A stretch of DNA of 64,000 nt from an uncultured Gemmatimonadales bacterium (GTDB taxonomy: Bacteria; Gemmatimonadota; Gemmatimonadetes; Gemmatimonadales; GWC2-71-9). Positions 44,728-54,589 of the stretch are shown here, in pieces. The stretch lies in the NCBI GenBank assembly GCA_963771275.1, contig CAVYSW010000003.1, positions 416,001 to 480,000 on the forward strand. Direction: 5' to 3'. The translations under genes were made by a program, and so were the position numbers. A model generated the notes under the pieces. The model searched no databases. It saw only the letters and a program-made list of their open reading frames with translations, and was not told where the DNA came from. Every line of letters begins with the position of its first letter. Positions within the stretch are counted from its first letter, which is position 1.

Positions 44728-47013
44728 ATGGACGAGCATCGCGACCGCTGGTGGACGTCTCCCACCGCTGAGCTCGGGAAGGTCGTGCAGCTCGACCTTC
44801 CCGAGCCGTTTCCCACCGTCTACGGCGGAGCCCTGCCGGCCATCCAGGTGAGCTACGAGGCCTGGGGCGAGCTCAACTCCGCCCGCGACAATGCCGTGCT
44901 GGTGATCCACCCAATGACCGCGGATTGCCACGTGACCGGCGAGTACACCGGGCAACCGCCGGGATGGTGGGAGCCGCTCGTCGGCCCGGGGCGCGCGCTG
45001 GATACGGACCGGTTCTTCGTCGTCTGCCCCAACTTGCTGGGCGGGTGCTACGGCACCACCGGGCCGCGGTTTCCGGCGCCCGACGGAGAGCCCTATCTCG
45101 AGCGGTTCCCGTTGCTCACGCCGCGCGACATGATGCGGGTGCAGCGGCGGTTTCTCGCCGCACTGGGCATCGAGCGCGTCGCGCTGGTCATCGGCCCGAG
45201 CATGGGCGGCATGATCGCGTGGGAGTGGGCAATCGAGGCCCCGGAGGCCGCCGCCCGCATCGCGGTGGTCGCGGCGCCGCTGCGGACGTCGCCGCACCAG
45301 ATCGGCCTCAACTGGCTGCAGCGGCGCGGCATCGAGCTGGACATCACGGGCGACGAGGTCGTGGCCACCCTGGGCCAGATGGTGGCGCGCGGCGTCGGGA
45401 TGCTGAGCTACCGCTCGCCCGTGGGTCTCGAGGAGAAGTTCGGCCGCGAGTGGTTCACGCCGCCCGGCTCCATCCTCAAGGAGCGCGGGATGTTCAACGT
45501 CGAGTCGTGGCTGCGCCACCAGGGACGGCGCATCACGCAGCGCTTCGACCCCTATACGTACCTGCTGTTCAGCCGCGCGATGGACCTGCACGACGTGAGC
45601 CACGGGCGCGGCTACCTGGTGTCGGCGCTCTCCGGGGTGCGCGCCCGGGTCCTAGTGCTGGGCATCAGCTCCGACAACCTGTATCCACCGGCCGAGGTGA
45701 AGCATGGCGCGGACCTGCTCGATCACCTCGGCGCCGACGTGCGGTACGAGGAGATCCACTCCCCCAACGGCCACGACGCGTTCCTGCTCGATACCGACCA
45801 GCTCGACGAGATCCTGCGCGGCTTTCTGGCCGACCGGCGGGCCCGCGCGTCCCAGCCGAGCCTGCGGGAGGTCCGCCGCGTCCGCGTGGGCGTGCTCGGG
45901 GCCGGCCGGGTCGCGGCCTCGTTCATCCGGCTCGTCAGCGATCGCCAGGCGCACCTGGCACAGCACCACGGGCTGCAGATCGAGATCGGCGCCGTGGCGG
46001 AGATCGATCGAGAGAAGCCGCTCGATCCGGTGTTCGCGCAGCTCCCGCTCACGTACGAGCCCGAGACCCTGCCCGACCGCCAGGACCTGGACGTCCTGAT
46101 CGACCTCACCCGGGGCCTGCGCTCGTTGCCGCTCGTCGAGCGGACCCTGCGTCACCGCCGGTCGGTCGTGACGCCCAACAAGATCCTGGTGCGCACGCAC
46201 GGCGACGCGCTCGATCGTCTCGCGTTCGAGTACGGCGCGCGCCTAGCGTACCACGATTCCATCGCGGCGGGCTGGCCGCTGATTCTCACGCTCGAGCGCT
46301 CGCTGTCCCAGGCGCTGGTGGTCGGGCTCGAAGCGGTCCTCTCGAGCGCGTGCAACGTGATCCTCGAGCTGCTGGAACAGGGCATGCCGCTCGATCGCGC
46401 CGTCGCGGAGGCGGTAGGGCGTGACCTCACCGAGCCCGATCCCGAGCTCGATACGTCGGGCTGGGACAGCGCGCAGAAGCTCATGCTGCTCCTGAGCCGC
46501 GCCACGGGCCATCGCTACCTCGGCCACGAGGTCGCGCTCCACGGGCTCGAGACGGTGGATGCCGCGCTGGTGCGGCACGCGCCCGCGCACGACCTGCGCA
46601 TCAAGCTCGTGGCGATGGCGGCGGAGCAGCATGGCCAGCTGGCGGCGACGGTACGGCCGATGGCGGTCCGCCGGGAGAGCCACTTGGGACTGGTGCGCGG
46701 ACCGAACAACGTCGTCGTGACGTACGCGCCGGACGGCACGGAAATGGTCTACTCCGGCACGGGCGCCGGCCCCCTCCCGGTCGCGACCGCGGTGCTCAAC
46801 GACCTGATCGGGTTGTTCGATCCGCAGCATTCCTGGACCGGGAGGTTCCCGGCGGTCAGCGTGCGGATGCAGGCCCTGCAGTTCGCCGCATGGGTCCACA
46901 TCGAGAACGGCCGGCTCCGGACCGGCACGAGCGAGCGACCGGGCGCGGTGCCGCTCGTTCCGACGGTTCGCCGAGACGGCGCGCCAGCCCGAAGCACACT
47001 GTCACGGGCATGA
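44728..47013 (+). CDS. Homoserine O-acetyltransferase (MetX) fused to a homoserine dehydrogenase-like domain
   Basis: N-half: YEAWGELN, GPSMGG, DNLYP, GHDAFL. C-half: VGVLGAGRV, VVTPNK, EPDPELDTSGWDSAQKL, GTGAG. Confidence 0.88.
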   Translation: MDEHRDRWWTSPTAELGKVVQLDLPEPFPTVYGGALPAIQVSYEAWGELNSARDNAVLVIHPMTADCHVTGEYTGQPPGWWEPLVGPGRALDTDRFFVVCPNLLGGCYGTTGPRFPAPDGEPYLERFPLLTPRDMMRVQRRFLAALGIERVALVIGPSMGGMIAWEWAIEAPEAAARIAVVAAPLRTSPHQIGLNWLQRRGIELDITGDEVVATLGQMVARGVGMLSYRSPVGLEEKFGREWFTPPGSILKERGMFNVESWLRHQGRRITQRFDPYTYLLFSRAMDLHDVSHGRGYLVSALSGVRARVLVLGISSDNLYPPAEVKHGADLLDHLGADVRYEEIHSPNGHDAFLLDTDQLDEILRGFLADRRARASQPSLREVRRVRVGVLGAGRVAASFIRLVSDRQAHLAQHHGLQIEIGAVAEIDREKPLDPVFAQLPLTYEPETLPDRQDLDVLIDLTRGLRSLPLVERTLRHRRSVVTPNKILVRTHGDALDRLAFEYGARLAYHDSIAAGWPLILTLERSLSQALVVGLEAVLSSACNVILELLEQGMPLDRAVAEAVGRDLTEPDPELDTSGWDSAQKLMLLLSRATGHRYLGHEVALHGLETVDAALVRHAPAHDLRIKLVAMAAEQHGQLAATVRPMAVRRESHLGLVRGPNNVVVTYAPDGTEMVYSGTGAGPLPVATAVLNDLIGLFDPQHSWTGRFPAVSVRMQALQFAAWVHIENGRLRTGTSERPGAVPLVPTVRRDGAPARSTLSRA

Positions 47014-47054
47014 ATCGTGCGGCGGTCACGAATCCCCAGCATGGGAAGGTCGCG

Positions 47055-48800
47055 ATGAGCAACATCGGTTCCTACGACGCGCGTCGCCGAGGCTTCACCT
47101 GGGAGACGGCCAAGGCGGTGCTTGGCTGGCAGGAGGGCGAGATCCTCAACATCGGCGCCATGTGCGCCGACCGCCTCTGCGCGCGGGGCATGGGAGGCAC
47201 GACCGCGCTGATCTGGGAAGGGTTCGGCGACAAGAAGGCCACCTACACCTTCGACGATCTGCGCGTCTACTCCAACGCCTTCGCCCAGTTGCTCGCCGAT
47301 CGGGGGATCCGACCGGGCGAGCGCGTCTGCATCTTCATGGACCGCATTCCCAGCCTCTACATCTCCTTTCTCGGCATCCTCAAGCTCGGCGCCATTGCGC
47401 AGCCGCTGTTTTCGGCGTTCGGCGAGGACTCGCTCGAAGTGCGCCTGGCCAACGCGGAAACCACCGCCGTGCTCACGACGGCCAAGCACGTGAAGAAGGT
47501 CCGCAAGATCCGTGACAGGCTCCCCGCGCTACGCCACGTCATCGTGGTGGATGGGGATCCGGGCAAGACGCACGCCGACGAGGTGTTCTTCGACGTGCAG
47601 GCGGCACCGCGCGTCGAGCACTTCCCCGTCTTCCCCGCGACCCCCGAGACGCCCTCGGTGCTGCACTACACGTCGGGCACCACCGGCCAGCCCAAGGGCG
47701 CGTTGCACGTGCACAGCTCCGTCTGGGGCCAGGCGCTCACCACCCACTGGGTCCTCGACCTGCAGCCGAACGACGTCTACTGGTGCACGGCCGATCCCGG
47801 TTGGGTAACCGGGACCAGCTACGGGATCATCGGACCCTGGACCCTGGGCGTCACCCAATGCGTGTTCGACGCCGGATTCCTCGCCGCACGCTGGTACCAG
47901 TTCATTCAGGACCACCGCGTCACGGTCTGGTACTCGGCGCCGACGGCGATTCGCTCGCTGATGCGCGAGGGAGACGACGTACCGAAGCGCTACGACCTCT
48001 CGTCGTTGCGACACCTCGCGTCGGTCGGCGAGCCGCTCAACCCCGAAGCGGTCCTGTGGAGCGAGCAGGTGCTCGGGCTCCCGTTCCACGACAACTTCTG
48101 GCAGACGGAGACCGGGGCGATGATGATCGCCAACTACCCCGGGATGCCGATCAAGCCGGGCTCGATGGGCAAGCCGTTCCCCGGCATCGAGGCCGCCGTG
48201 CTCGACCTCAAGACGCACGAGCCGATCGCGCAGCCCGGCAAGATCGGCCTGATCGCGTTCCGGCCCGGCTGGCCCTCTATGTTCCGGACGTACTGGAAGA
48301 AGGAGGACGTCTACCGCAGCAAGTTCGTCGGCGCTCCCGAGGGCGCCACACCCGATGCCCTGCGGACCGCGCGCGACATCTGGTACGTCTCGGGTGATCG
48401 GGCAAGCATCGATCCGGATGGGTACTTCTGGTTCGTGGGGCGCGACGACGACGTGATCAACACCGGTGGACACCTGGTGGGGCCGTTCGAGGTGGAATCC
48501 GCCTTGATCGAGCACGAGGCCGTGGCCGAGGCCGCGGTGGTCGGCAAGCCGGACGAGATCAACATGGAGGTCGTCAAGGCGTTCGTGGCACTCAAGTCGG
48601 GCTACACGGCGTCGGCGGAGCTGGAGCTCGACATCATGAACTTCGTCCGCAAGAAACTCTCGCCCCTGGCGATGCCGCAGGAGATCGAGTTCCGCGACAA
48701 GCTCCCCAAGACGCGCTCGGGGAAGATCCTGCGGCGGTACCTGCGCGCCCTGGAGTGGGGTGACGAGCCGGGCGACTTGTCGACCCTGGAAGACGACTAG
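47055..48800 (+). CDS. acsA: Acetate--CoA ligase-like adenylating enzyme
   Basis: YTSGTTGQPKG, WCTADPGWVTG, FWQTETG, PKTRSGKILRR. Confidence 0.9.
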   Translation: MSNIGSYDARRRGFTWETAKAVLGWQEGEILNIGAMCADRLCARGMGGTTALIWEGFGDKKATYTFDDLRVYSNAFAQLLADRGIRPGERVCIFMDRIPSLYISFLGILKLGAIAQPLFSAFGEDSLEVRLANAETTAVLTTAKHVKKVRKIRDRLPALRHVIVVDGDPGKTHADEVFFDVQAAPRVEHFPVFPATPETPSVLHYTSGTTGQPKGALHVHSSVWGQALTTHWVLDLQPNDVYWCTADPGWVTGTSYGIIGPWTLGVTQCVFDAGFLAARWYQFIQDHRVTVWYSAPTAIRSLMREGDDVPKRYDLSSLRHLASVGEPLNPEAVLWSEQVLGLPFHDNFWQTETGAMMIANYPGMPIKPGSMGKPFPGIEAAVLDLKTHEPIAQPGKIGLIAFRPGWPSMFRTYWKKEDVYRSKFVGAPEGATPDALRTARDIWYVSGDRASIDPDGYFWFVGRDDDVINTGGHLVGPFEVESALIEHEAVAEAAVVGKPDEINMEVVKAFVALKSGYTASAELELDIMNFVRKKLSPLAMPQEIEFRDKLPKTRSGKILRRYLRALEWGDEPGDLSTLEDD

Positions 48801-48860
48801 GTGCCGGTCCAGCGCAGCAGACGTAAAGCAAAGCATAACATGGAGATAGCAAGCGTTGAC

Positions 48861-48890
48861 GGCCCCACCCGGGCGACCCCGGGTGGGGCC
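48861..48890. terminator. Hairpin after acsA
   Basis: GGCCCCACCCGG-GCGACC-CCGGGTGGGGCC; no U tract. Confidence 0.5.
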
Positions 48891-49244
48891 TCCGCATGAC
48901 GGGGCCGGCACGATGCCCCGCGGCAGGTCGGGAGGGAGGCGTGCGGCCTGTCACGGAATTCCTGGCCGCCGCACGTAGCTTTGTGGCGGTCGCGCGCTTC
49001 AAGTAGTTTCGCGACCTCGGCTCTTAACCTCCCTGTTCCCAATGTGGTAGAACGGGGTGTCCTTGGCCGCCGGGCTCGCGTTTTTCAGCGTCGGGCCCTA
49101 TTTTCGGGGGACTTGGCAGGCCGGGTCGCGGTTGGGGACCCGCTCACATCACGTTCTGGGGTTCAGGCGGTCCGCGGACCGCGCGGTGAGCCGGCGCCGC
49201 AGCCACGGTCGCTCGCGCCCACACTGGCTCGGAGGGAAGGACTG

Positions 49245-49928
49245 ATGCGCAGACTACCGGGAGTCGTGGTACTGGGCGCGCTGCTTGCGGCGGCGCCGCT
49301 GCACGCGCAGGGGACCGGCTGGCAGAACATGTGGTTCTGGGGCATTCACGGGGGCCTGAGCGCGTACAAGACGCCGACCACGGGAACCTCGACCCAGTTC
49401 GCCGTCGACGTTGGTGCGCACTGGCTGATCACCGGCAGGCGCATGGGCCTATATCTCGCCTACGACCAGCAGTTCTATCCCAATGGCCCATCGACCGCCC
49501 CGGGGAACCCCACGTCACAGATCACCGATCCCACCTCGGGGACCGGCGTGCGGGACGTGCAGTTCGATCGGGGCCGCTACATCCAGGGCGACCTGCTCGC
49601 CATCCCGCTGAACGGCCCGCTGCAGATCTATGTGGGCGCCGGGTTCACGATTCAGAACATCAGCGACGCCGTCCCCATGGGCAGCTTCGCGACGCCGGAC
49701 GACCAGGCCGCCTCACAGGCCCTCGTGAACGATGCCGCGAGCCGTGCGTTCCTGAACTTCATGGGCGGCTTCCAGCTGCTGCTACAGGGCAAGTTCGCCG
49801 TGTTCGGGCACTACGAGTTCATTCCGTCGGCGAAGAACTTCCTGCTCTCGTCCGAGCAGCATGTGCTCTCGGGCGGTGTGCGCATCGCCCTTTCGGGGCG
49901 GCGCGAGGACGTCGGCATCGAGCGGTAG
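49245..49928 (+). CDS. Exported hypothetical protein, probable outer-membrane beta-barrel
   Basis: GGAGG RBS, signal peptide ending LHAQ, aromatic beta-strands. Confidence 0.7.
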   Translation: MRRLPGVVVLGALLAAAPLHAQGTGWQNMWFWGIHGGLSAYKTPTTGTSTQFAVDVGAHWLITGRRMGLYLAYDQQFYPNGPSTAPGNPTSQITDPTSGTGVRDVQFDRGRYIQGDLLAIPLNGPLQIYVGAGFTIQNISDAVPMGSFATPDDQAASQALVNDAASRAFLNFMGGFQLLLQGKFAVFGHYEFIPSAKNFLLSSEQHVLSGGVRIALSGRREDVGIER

Positions 49929-49951
49929 CCGCGCTTCATCTGCGGTTCCCT

Positions 49952-49989
49952 GTCGCGCCCGGGATCAGCACGCTGGTCCCGGGCGCGAT
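49952..49989. terminator. Long GC hairpin at the convergent junction, overlapping the mpg 3' end
   Basis: GTCGCGCCCGGGATCAGC-AC-GCTGGTCCCGGGCGCGAT. Confidence 0.5.
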
Positions 49990-50561
49990 GTCCAGGGGGA
50001 CCCCGCCTCGAGCAACCGCAATGGCCAGCTCGCGGCGCGCGTGACGCCGATGCGGGTGGTCACCAGGACCGGGCTGCGGCGCGCCCGAGCGGGCCGGAGA
50101 ATCCGCAGGCGCGGCCCGTCGAGCGGCAGCCCGTTCATGGAGCCGGTGATCCCCAGCGCCTGACACAAGCGGGACGGTCCGGAGCAGAGCCGGCGATCGT
50201 CCCGCGTGCCGCGCCGGCGGCGCATCGCCTCGAGTCCGGCCAGCGGCTCCAGCGCACGAATCAGCACGGCCGCGGGGTAGCCCTCCCGCTCGGTCACCGC
50301 GTTGCAGCACCAGTGCATGCCGTAGATGAAGTAGACGTACGCGGTGCCCGGCGGCCCGAACAGCCGGTCGTTCCGCGCCGTGCGGCGCCCGCAGTAGCCG
50401 TGGGCCGCCGGGTCGTGCGGTCCGACGTACCCTTCCACCTCGACAATCCGTCCTGAGGCGGACACACCCCGCACGTGGGTCTCGAGAATGCACCCCAAAA
50501 GGGCGCGCGCGACACGGACCGTGTCGCGCGCGTAGAACGAAGGCCTGAGCGGGACCGCTAC
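49965..50561 (-). CDS. mpg: DNA-3-methyladenine glycosylase (AAG/MPG family)
   Basis: FYARDTVRVARALLG, GRIVEVEGY, YVYFIYGMH, AVLIRALEP, SGPSRLCQALGI; start codon unclear. Confidence 0.9.
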   Translation of the reverse strand, partial: VAVPLRPSFYARDTVRVARALLGCILETHVRGVSASGRIVEVEGYVGPHDPAAHGYCGRRTARNDRLFGPPGTAYVYFIYGMHWCCNAVTEREGYPAAVLIRALEPLAGLEAMRRRRGTRDDRRLCSGPSRLCQALGITGSMNGLPLDGPRLRILRPARARRSPVLVTTRIGVTRAASWPLRLLEAGSPWTSRPGPAC

Positions 50562-50562
50562 G

Positions 50563-52371
50563 TCAGCTCTCGTCGGCCCCGTCCTTCGGCTGCCCGAGCA
50601 TCGCCCGCTGCAGAGCGGCGCTCATGCGCTTGAACAGGCTGCCCGCCTCGGCCCCCGGCTGCTCGGGCTCCTCGACGGGAGGCGGTGGTGGGGGAGGAGC
50701 CGGTCGGGCCACCACCTCCTGGCTTCTCTCCGGCGCGCGCGACGGCTCCGGGCTGGTGCGGCTCTCTTCCGAACCCAACCCAGGGGCCGATCGGTCGGCC
50801 GGCTCAGCCGGACCGCCTGCGCCGCGCCGACCTCGCCGGCCGCGCACCCCGCGATTGTAGGTGACGGGACCCACGGCAGCCGGCTCCTCCTGGGGAGGCG
50901 GGGACGCCGTCGGCTCGAACCGGCGTTCGGTCGTCACCGCAGGGGCACCCCCACGGGACCCGTGACGGAACCGGGGATTGCGGGGCGATTCCTTGGCGGG
51001 TCGCCCTTCACTTGCCACCGGGGGAGCGGAGTCCCGCGACGGAGCTGGTTCCCGCGTCTCATGCTCCGCACCACCTTCCTCACGTCCTCGCCGCCGGCCC
51101 CGACCGCCGCGCGCACCACGGCCGCCCCGCTCACCGCGCTCACCGCGACGGCGACCCTGCTCTCCCTCGGGCTTCCCGGGCTCCTGCTCGGCCTGGCCCT
51201 CGTCGGCCGCCGTCTCCGGGACGGGTGCCGGCCGAAGTCGGAGCAGGTAGGCGCCACCATCCGCCTTGGCGAGATCCACCACACCCGCGTCATGGGCCTG
51301 GCGCAGGAACCGCTGGAAGCGGCGGCTTTCGAGTACGGGGTCTTCGGCCCGCCCGTGCAGCTCCGCCATGCGCTCGCGCGCCTGTTCGGCGTCGGTGGCT
51401 TCCTCGCCCGTGGCGCCAAGGTCCTCGAGCGCCTGGCGCAGCAGGCCCAGCGCTTCCGCCAGCGTCATCCCCTCGGGCGCCGTTCGGCCACGCGGCGTCC
51501 CACCGCGCGGACGCTCACCACGCTCACCACGCCGGGCGCGCGGCTCGACGGTCGCCGGGCGCGGCACTGGCGCGGCCGAGCCGGGCTCGAGCTCCATCGG
51601 GACGTTGGCGTTCGGCCCCAGGGCGATCTCGTACTGGCCGTTCTCCATCTTGTTGAGCCGGAGCAGGCCGCGCCGCGCCGATTCCTGGAGGAACTTGCTG
51701 TACTTGCTGAAGCCCGCGTCCTTCTCGTCGAAGTTGGGATCGAGGTCCTGCATCACCTGCTTCAGCCGGTCGGAACGCATCACGTCGTTGGCCTGCTGCA
51801 TCCGGGTGGCGGATTCGACCACCAGCTCCCACGGGTCGCGTCGCCGATGCTCGACTTCGCCCTCCTTGATCAGGCCGGTCAGCTCGTTGTAGCTGTAGTA
51901 CTCGTCGCAGTTCTGGATCAGCAGGTCGCTGGACGATTCGCGCATCCCGACGCCGATCACATACTTGCCATACTCCTTGAGCTTGAGGACCAGGCTCGAG
52001 AAGTCCGAGTCGCCGGACAGCAGGATGTAGGTGCCGATCTCGGGCCGGGTGAAGACCAGCTCGAGCGCGTCGATCGCGAGCCGGATGTCGGTCGCGTTCT
52101 TCTTGTTGGAGCCGAAGGCCGGGGCGAAGATCAGGTCGATCGACGCCTCCGCCAAGGGCACGATGTACTGCGGATAGCGCCGCCAGTCGGCGTAGGCCCG
52201 CTGCACCGAGATCTTGCCCTTGAAGACCTCGGAGCTCAGCAGCCGCTTCAGCTGGACCTGGAGATCCGAGCGGATCCCCATCGTCACGTTGTCGAAGTCG
52301 ATTAGGAGCGCGGCGTTGGGAGCATGCCGCAGGGGTTCGGGATACGCGGCGGCTGTTCCCCGCCGGGTCAT
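50563..52371 (-). CDS. NYN-domain (LabA/PIN-like) protein with OST-HTH/LOTUS-like domains and a disordered tail
   Basis: LIDFDN, KNATDIRLAIDA, LSGDSDF; LKQVMQDLDPNFDEKDAGFSKYSKFL. Confidence 0.9.
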   Translation of the reverse strand: MTRRGTAAAYPEPLRHAPNAALLIDFDNVTMGIRSDLQVQLKRLLSSEVFKGKISVQRAYADWRRYPQYIVPLAEASIDLIFAPAFGSNKKNATDIRLAIDALELVFTRPEIGTYILLSGDSDFSSLVLKLKEYGKYVIGVGMRESSSDLLIQNCDEYYSYNELTGLIKEGEVEHRRRDPWELVVESATRMQQANDVMRSDRLKQVMQDLDPNFDEKDAGFSKYSKFLQESARRGLLRLNKMENGQYEIALGPNANVPMELEPGSAAPVPRPATVEPRARRGERGERPRGGTPRGRTAPEGMTLAEALGLLRQALEDLGATGEEATDAEQARERMAELHGRAEDPVLESRRFQRFLRQAHDAGVVDLAKADGGAYLLRLRPAPVPETAADEGQAEQEPGKPEGEQGRRRGERGERGGRGARGGRGRRRGREEGGAEHETREPAPSRDSAPPVASEGRPAKESPRNPRFRHGSRGGAPAVTTERRFEPTASPPPQEEPAAVGPVTYNRGVRGRRGRRGAGGPAEPADRSAPGLGSEESRTSPEPSRAPERSQEVVARPAPPPPPPPVEEPEQPGAEAGSLFKRMSAALQRAMLGQPKDGADES

Positions 52372-52376
52372 TTCAA

Positions 52377-53966
52377 TCACGTTGCGCTCAATTCCAGGCC
52401 GACGACCTGCGCCAGCTCCCTTCGCTTCACCTTCCCGCTCCCGGTCAGGGGGAAGGCGTCGAAGAAGCGGACGAGGTCCGGCACCTTGTTGCCAGCCACA
52501 TGGTCGCGGGCGTACGCCTTGAGCTCGTCGCCCGTCACGATTGCACCCTCCACCGGCACGACGCAGGCGCAGACGAGCTCCCCGAGGATCTCGTGGGGCA
52601 CGCCCACCACGCACGCGTCGTCCACCGCCGGATGCGTCCGGAAGATGTCCTCCAGCTCCCGCGGGTAGATGCTGTACCCTCCGCGGATGATCGTCTCCTT
52701 GCGCCGGCCCACGATGGTCACGTAGCCGCGCTCGTCCACGATGGCGAGGTCGCCCGTGAGGAAGAACCCCTCCGCCGTGAACGAGCGGCGCGTCTCCGTG
52801 GGCATGCGATGATACCCGGCCATCACGTTCGGCCCCCTGACCGCCAATTCCCCGACGGCCTCCGGCCCGTGCAGCGCGCCATCCGTCACATCCACCACCC
52901 GCACTTCCACCCCCGGAAGCGGCCGCCCGACTGTCTGCGTCCGCGCTTCGGCGTCGTCGTCGAACCGCGTGATCGTGATCGTCGGGCCGGTCTCGGTGAG
53001 CCCGTAGGCGATCTGCACGTCATTCCACCGGCGGATCCGCTGCACCAGGTCGGCGGATACCGGGCTGCCGGCCACGATGCCGGTCCGCACGGTGGACAGG
53101 TCCCGGCTCCCGAACGACGCATCGCGCATCAAGAGCTGGAACATGGTGGGCACGCCATGGACGACGGTGGCGCGCTCCCGCTGGATCAGGTCCAGCGCGG
53201 TGGCGGGCTCGAACCGGTCCTGCAGCACCAGCGTGGCGCCCGAGAGCACCGTGGTGAGCACCACGTGGGTACCGAAGACCGTGAACAGCGGAACGGCGCT
53301 CCACACCCGATCATCGGGGCGCAGCGCCAGCCCGTCCGCCGTCAACAGCGCCGTCTGCACCAGATTGCGGTGCGTCAGCACGACGCCCTTGGGCTTGCCC
53401 ATCGTCCCCGACGTGTAGATCAGGGCAAGCGGCGTGGTCCCGGGATCGCGGACCACCAGCGGCGCCGGCGTCTGGCGCCGGCCCCGGGCCACGAGATCCG
53501 CGAACTGGAAGATCCGGTCGTCGTACCACATCTCGTCCGGACCGACCGTGACCAGGTAACGCAGGTCAGGCAGGTCGGCGAACAACTCCTCGAAGGTCTC
53601 GAGGTACTCGAACTCGCCCGCCGACTGCGCCGCCACGGTGATCACCGCCTCGGCATGCCGCAGCTCGTACTTGAGCTCGTGATATCCCACCGAGGGATTC
53701 ACCGGCACCACCACGGCGCCCAGCCGCGCGGCCGCGAGCAGCGTGACGACCCACTCGGGGCCCCCCGGGAGATCGATCGCGATGCGATGCCCCTCGCCGA
53801 TCCCCAGCTCGCTCAACGCCGCCGCCAGCGCCGTCGCCTCGGCATCCACCTGCGCGTAGGTCATGCGCCGCGTGGCCGAGACGAGGCACTCCCGGCCCCC
53901 CTCTCGGGCAACCTGTTGCGCAAACGACTCGGCGAGGTGGTACGTCGTCAAAAGCCCTCCCCCCAT
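52377..53966 (-). CDS. Class I adenylate-forming enzyme (long-chain acyl-CoA synthetase-like)
   Basis: [40 protein letters not shown]; start may be TTG 53951. Confidence 0.92.
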   Translation of the reverse strand: MGGGLLTTYHLAESFAQQVAREGGRECLVSATRRMTYAQVDAEATALAAALSELGIGEGHRIAIDLPGGPEWVVTLLAAARLGAVVVPVNPSVGYHELKYELRHAEAVITVAAQSAGEFEYLETFEELFADLPDLRYLVTVGPDEMWYDDRIFQFADLVARGRRQTPAPLVVRDPGTTPLALIYTSGTMGKPKGVVLTHRNLVQTALLTADGLALRPDDRVWSAVPLFTVFGTHVVLTTVLSGATLVLQDRFEPATALDLIQRERATVVHGVPTMFQLLMRDASFGSRDLSTVRTGIVAGSPVSADLVQRIRRWNDVQIAYGLTETGPTITITRFDDDAEARTQTVGRPLPGVEVRVVDVTDGALHGPEAVGELAVRGPNVMAGYHRMPTETRRSFTAEGFFLTGDLAIVDERGYVTIVGRRKETIIRGGYSIYPRELEDIFRTHPAVDDACVVGVPHEILGELVCACVVPVEGAIVTGDELKAYARDHVAGNKVPDLVRFFDAFPLTGSGKVKRRELAQVVGLELSAT

Positions 53967-54039
53967 TCTACTGTGGGGAACCTTTGAAGCTACACGGACT
54001 TAGGGGTTTCCTCAATGGAGCGTCGGCGGGCTACCCCTG

Positions 54040-54459
54040 CTATTCACCCATCACCTTCACCACCAAGCGCTTGCGCCGCTTGCCGTCCCACTCCCCGTAG
54101 AACACCCGCTGCCAGGGACCGAGATCCAGCACCCCGTTGGTCACGGGGAGGATCACCTCGTGCCCGACGGTCAGGCTGCGCAGATGGGCCGCGGCATTGT
54201 CCTCCCCAGTCTCGTTGTGGCGATACCGGGTTGGGTCCCACGGCGCGATCGTCCCCTCGAGCCACGCGAGGATATCCTGCCACAGCCCGGACTCGTGGTC
54301 GTTCACGAAGACCGACGCGGTGATGTGCATGGCGGAGACGAGTACCATGCCCTCGCGTATTGCCGCGACCCGGACCTGCTCGGCGACCTCGTCCGTGATG
54401 TCGATGATCTCCTGGCGACGCCTGGTAGTGAACCAGAGATAGTGGGTGTGGGTCTTCAT
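54040..54459 (-). CDS. yjbQ: YjbQ family (secondary thiamine-phosphate synthase)
   Basis: HITASVFVN, YRHN..DNAAAHL, LGPWQ..EWDG. Confidence 0.92.
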   Translation of the reverse strand: MKTHTHYLWFTTRRRQEIIDITDEVAEQVRVAAIREGMVLVSAMHITASVFVNDHESGLWQDILAWLEGTIAPWDPTRYRHNETGEDNAAAHLRSLTVGHEVILPVTNGVLDLGPWQRVFYGEWDGKRRKRLVVKVMGE

Positions 54460-54467
54460 GGGGTGGA

Positions 54468-54589
54468 TGGCCGATAGCCGATGGCCGATAGCTGATGGCC
54501 GTTGAGGGTAGTCGCGGTCACGAGCCCCGGTCAACCAGCCACCCACGAACCACGTTCGGCAATCGGCAATCGGCTATCGGCTACCGCTA
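54468..54589. repeat. Gene-less inverted heptamer pair (TRGCCGA-like x5 / TCGGCWA x4)
   Basis: TGGCCGA TAGCCGA TGGCCGA TAGCTGA TGGCCGT, ~53 nt, TCGGCAA TCGGCAA TCGGCTA TCGGCTA. Confidence 0.88.

Noticed and set aside
48891..49244. Riboswitch or ncRNA in long intergenic regions (also 3363-3912 and 21647-21751)
   Set aside because: No family consensus that I can recognise; an Rfam/Infernal scan would be needed.
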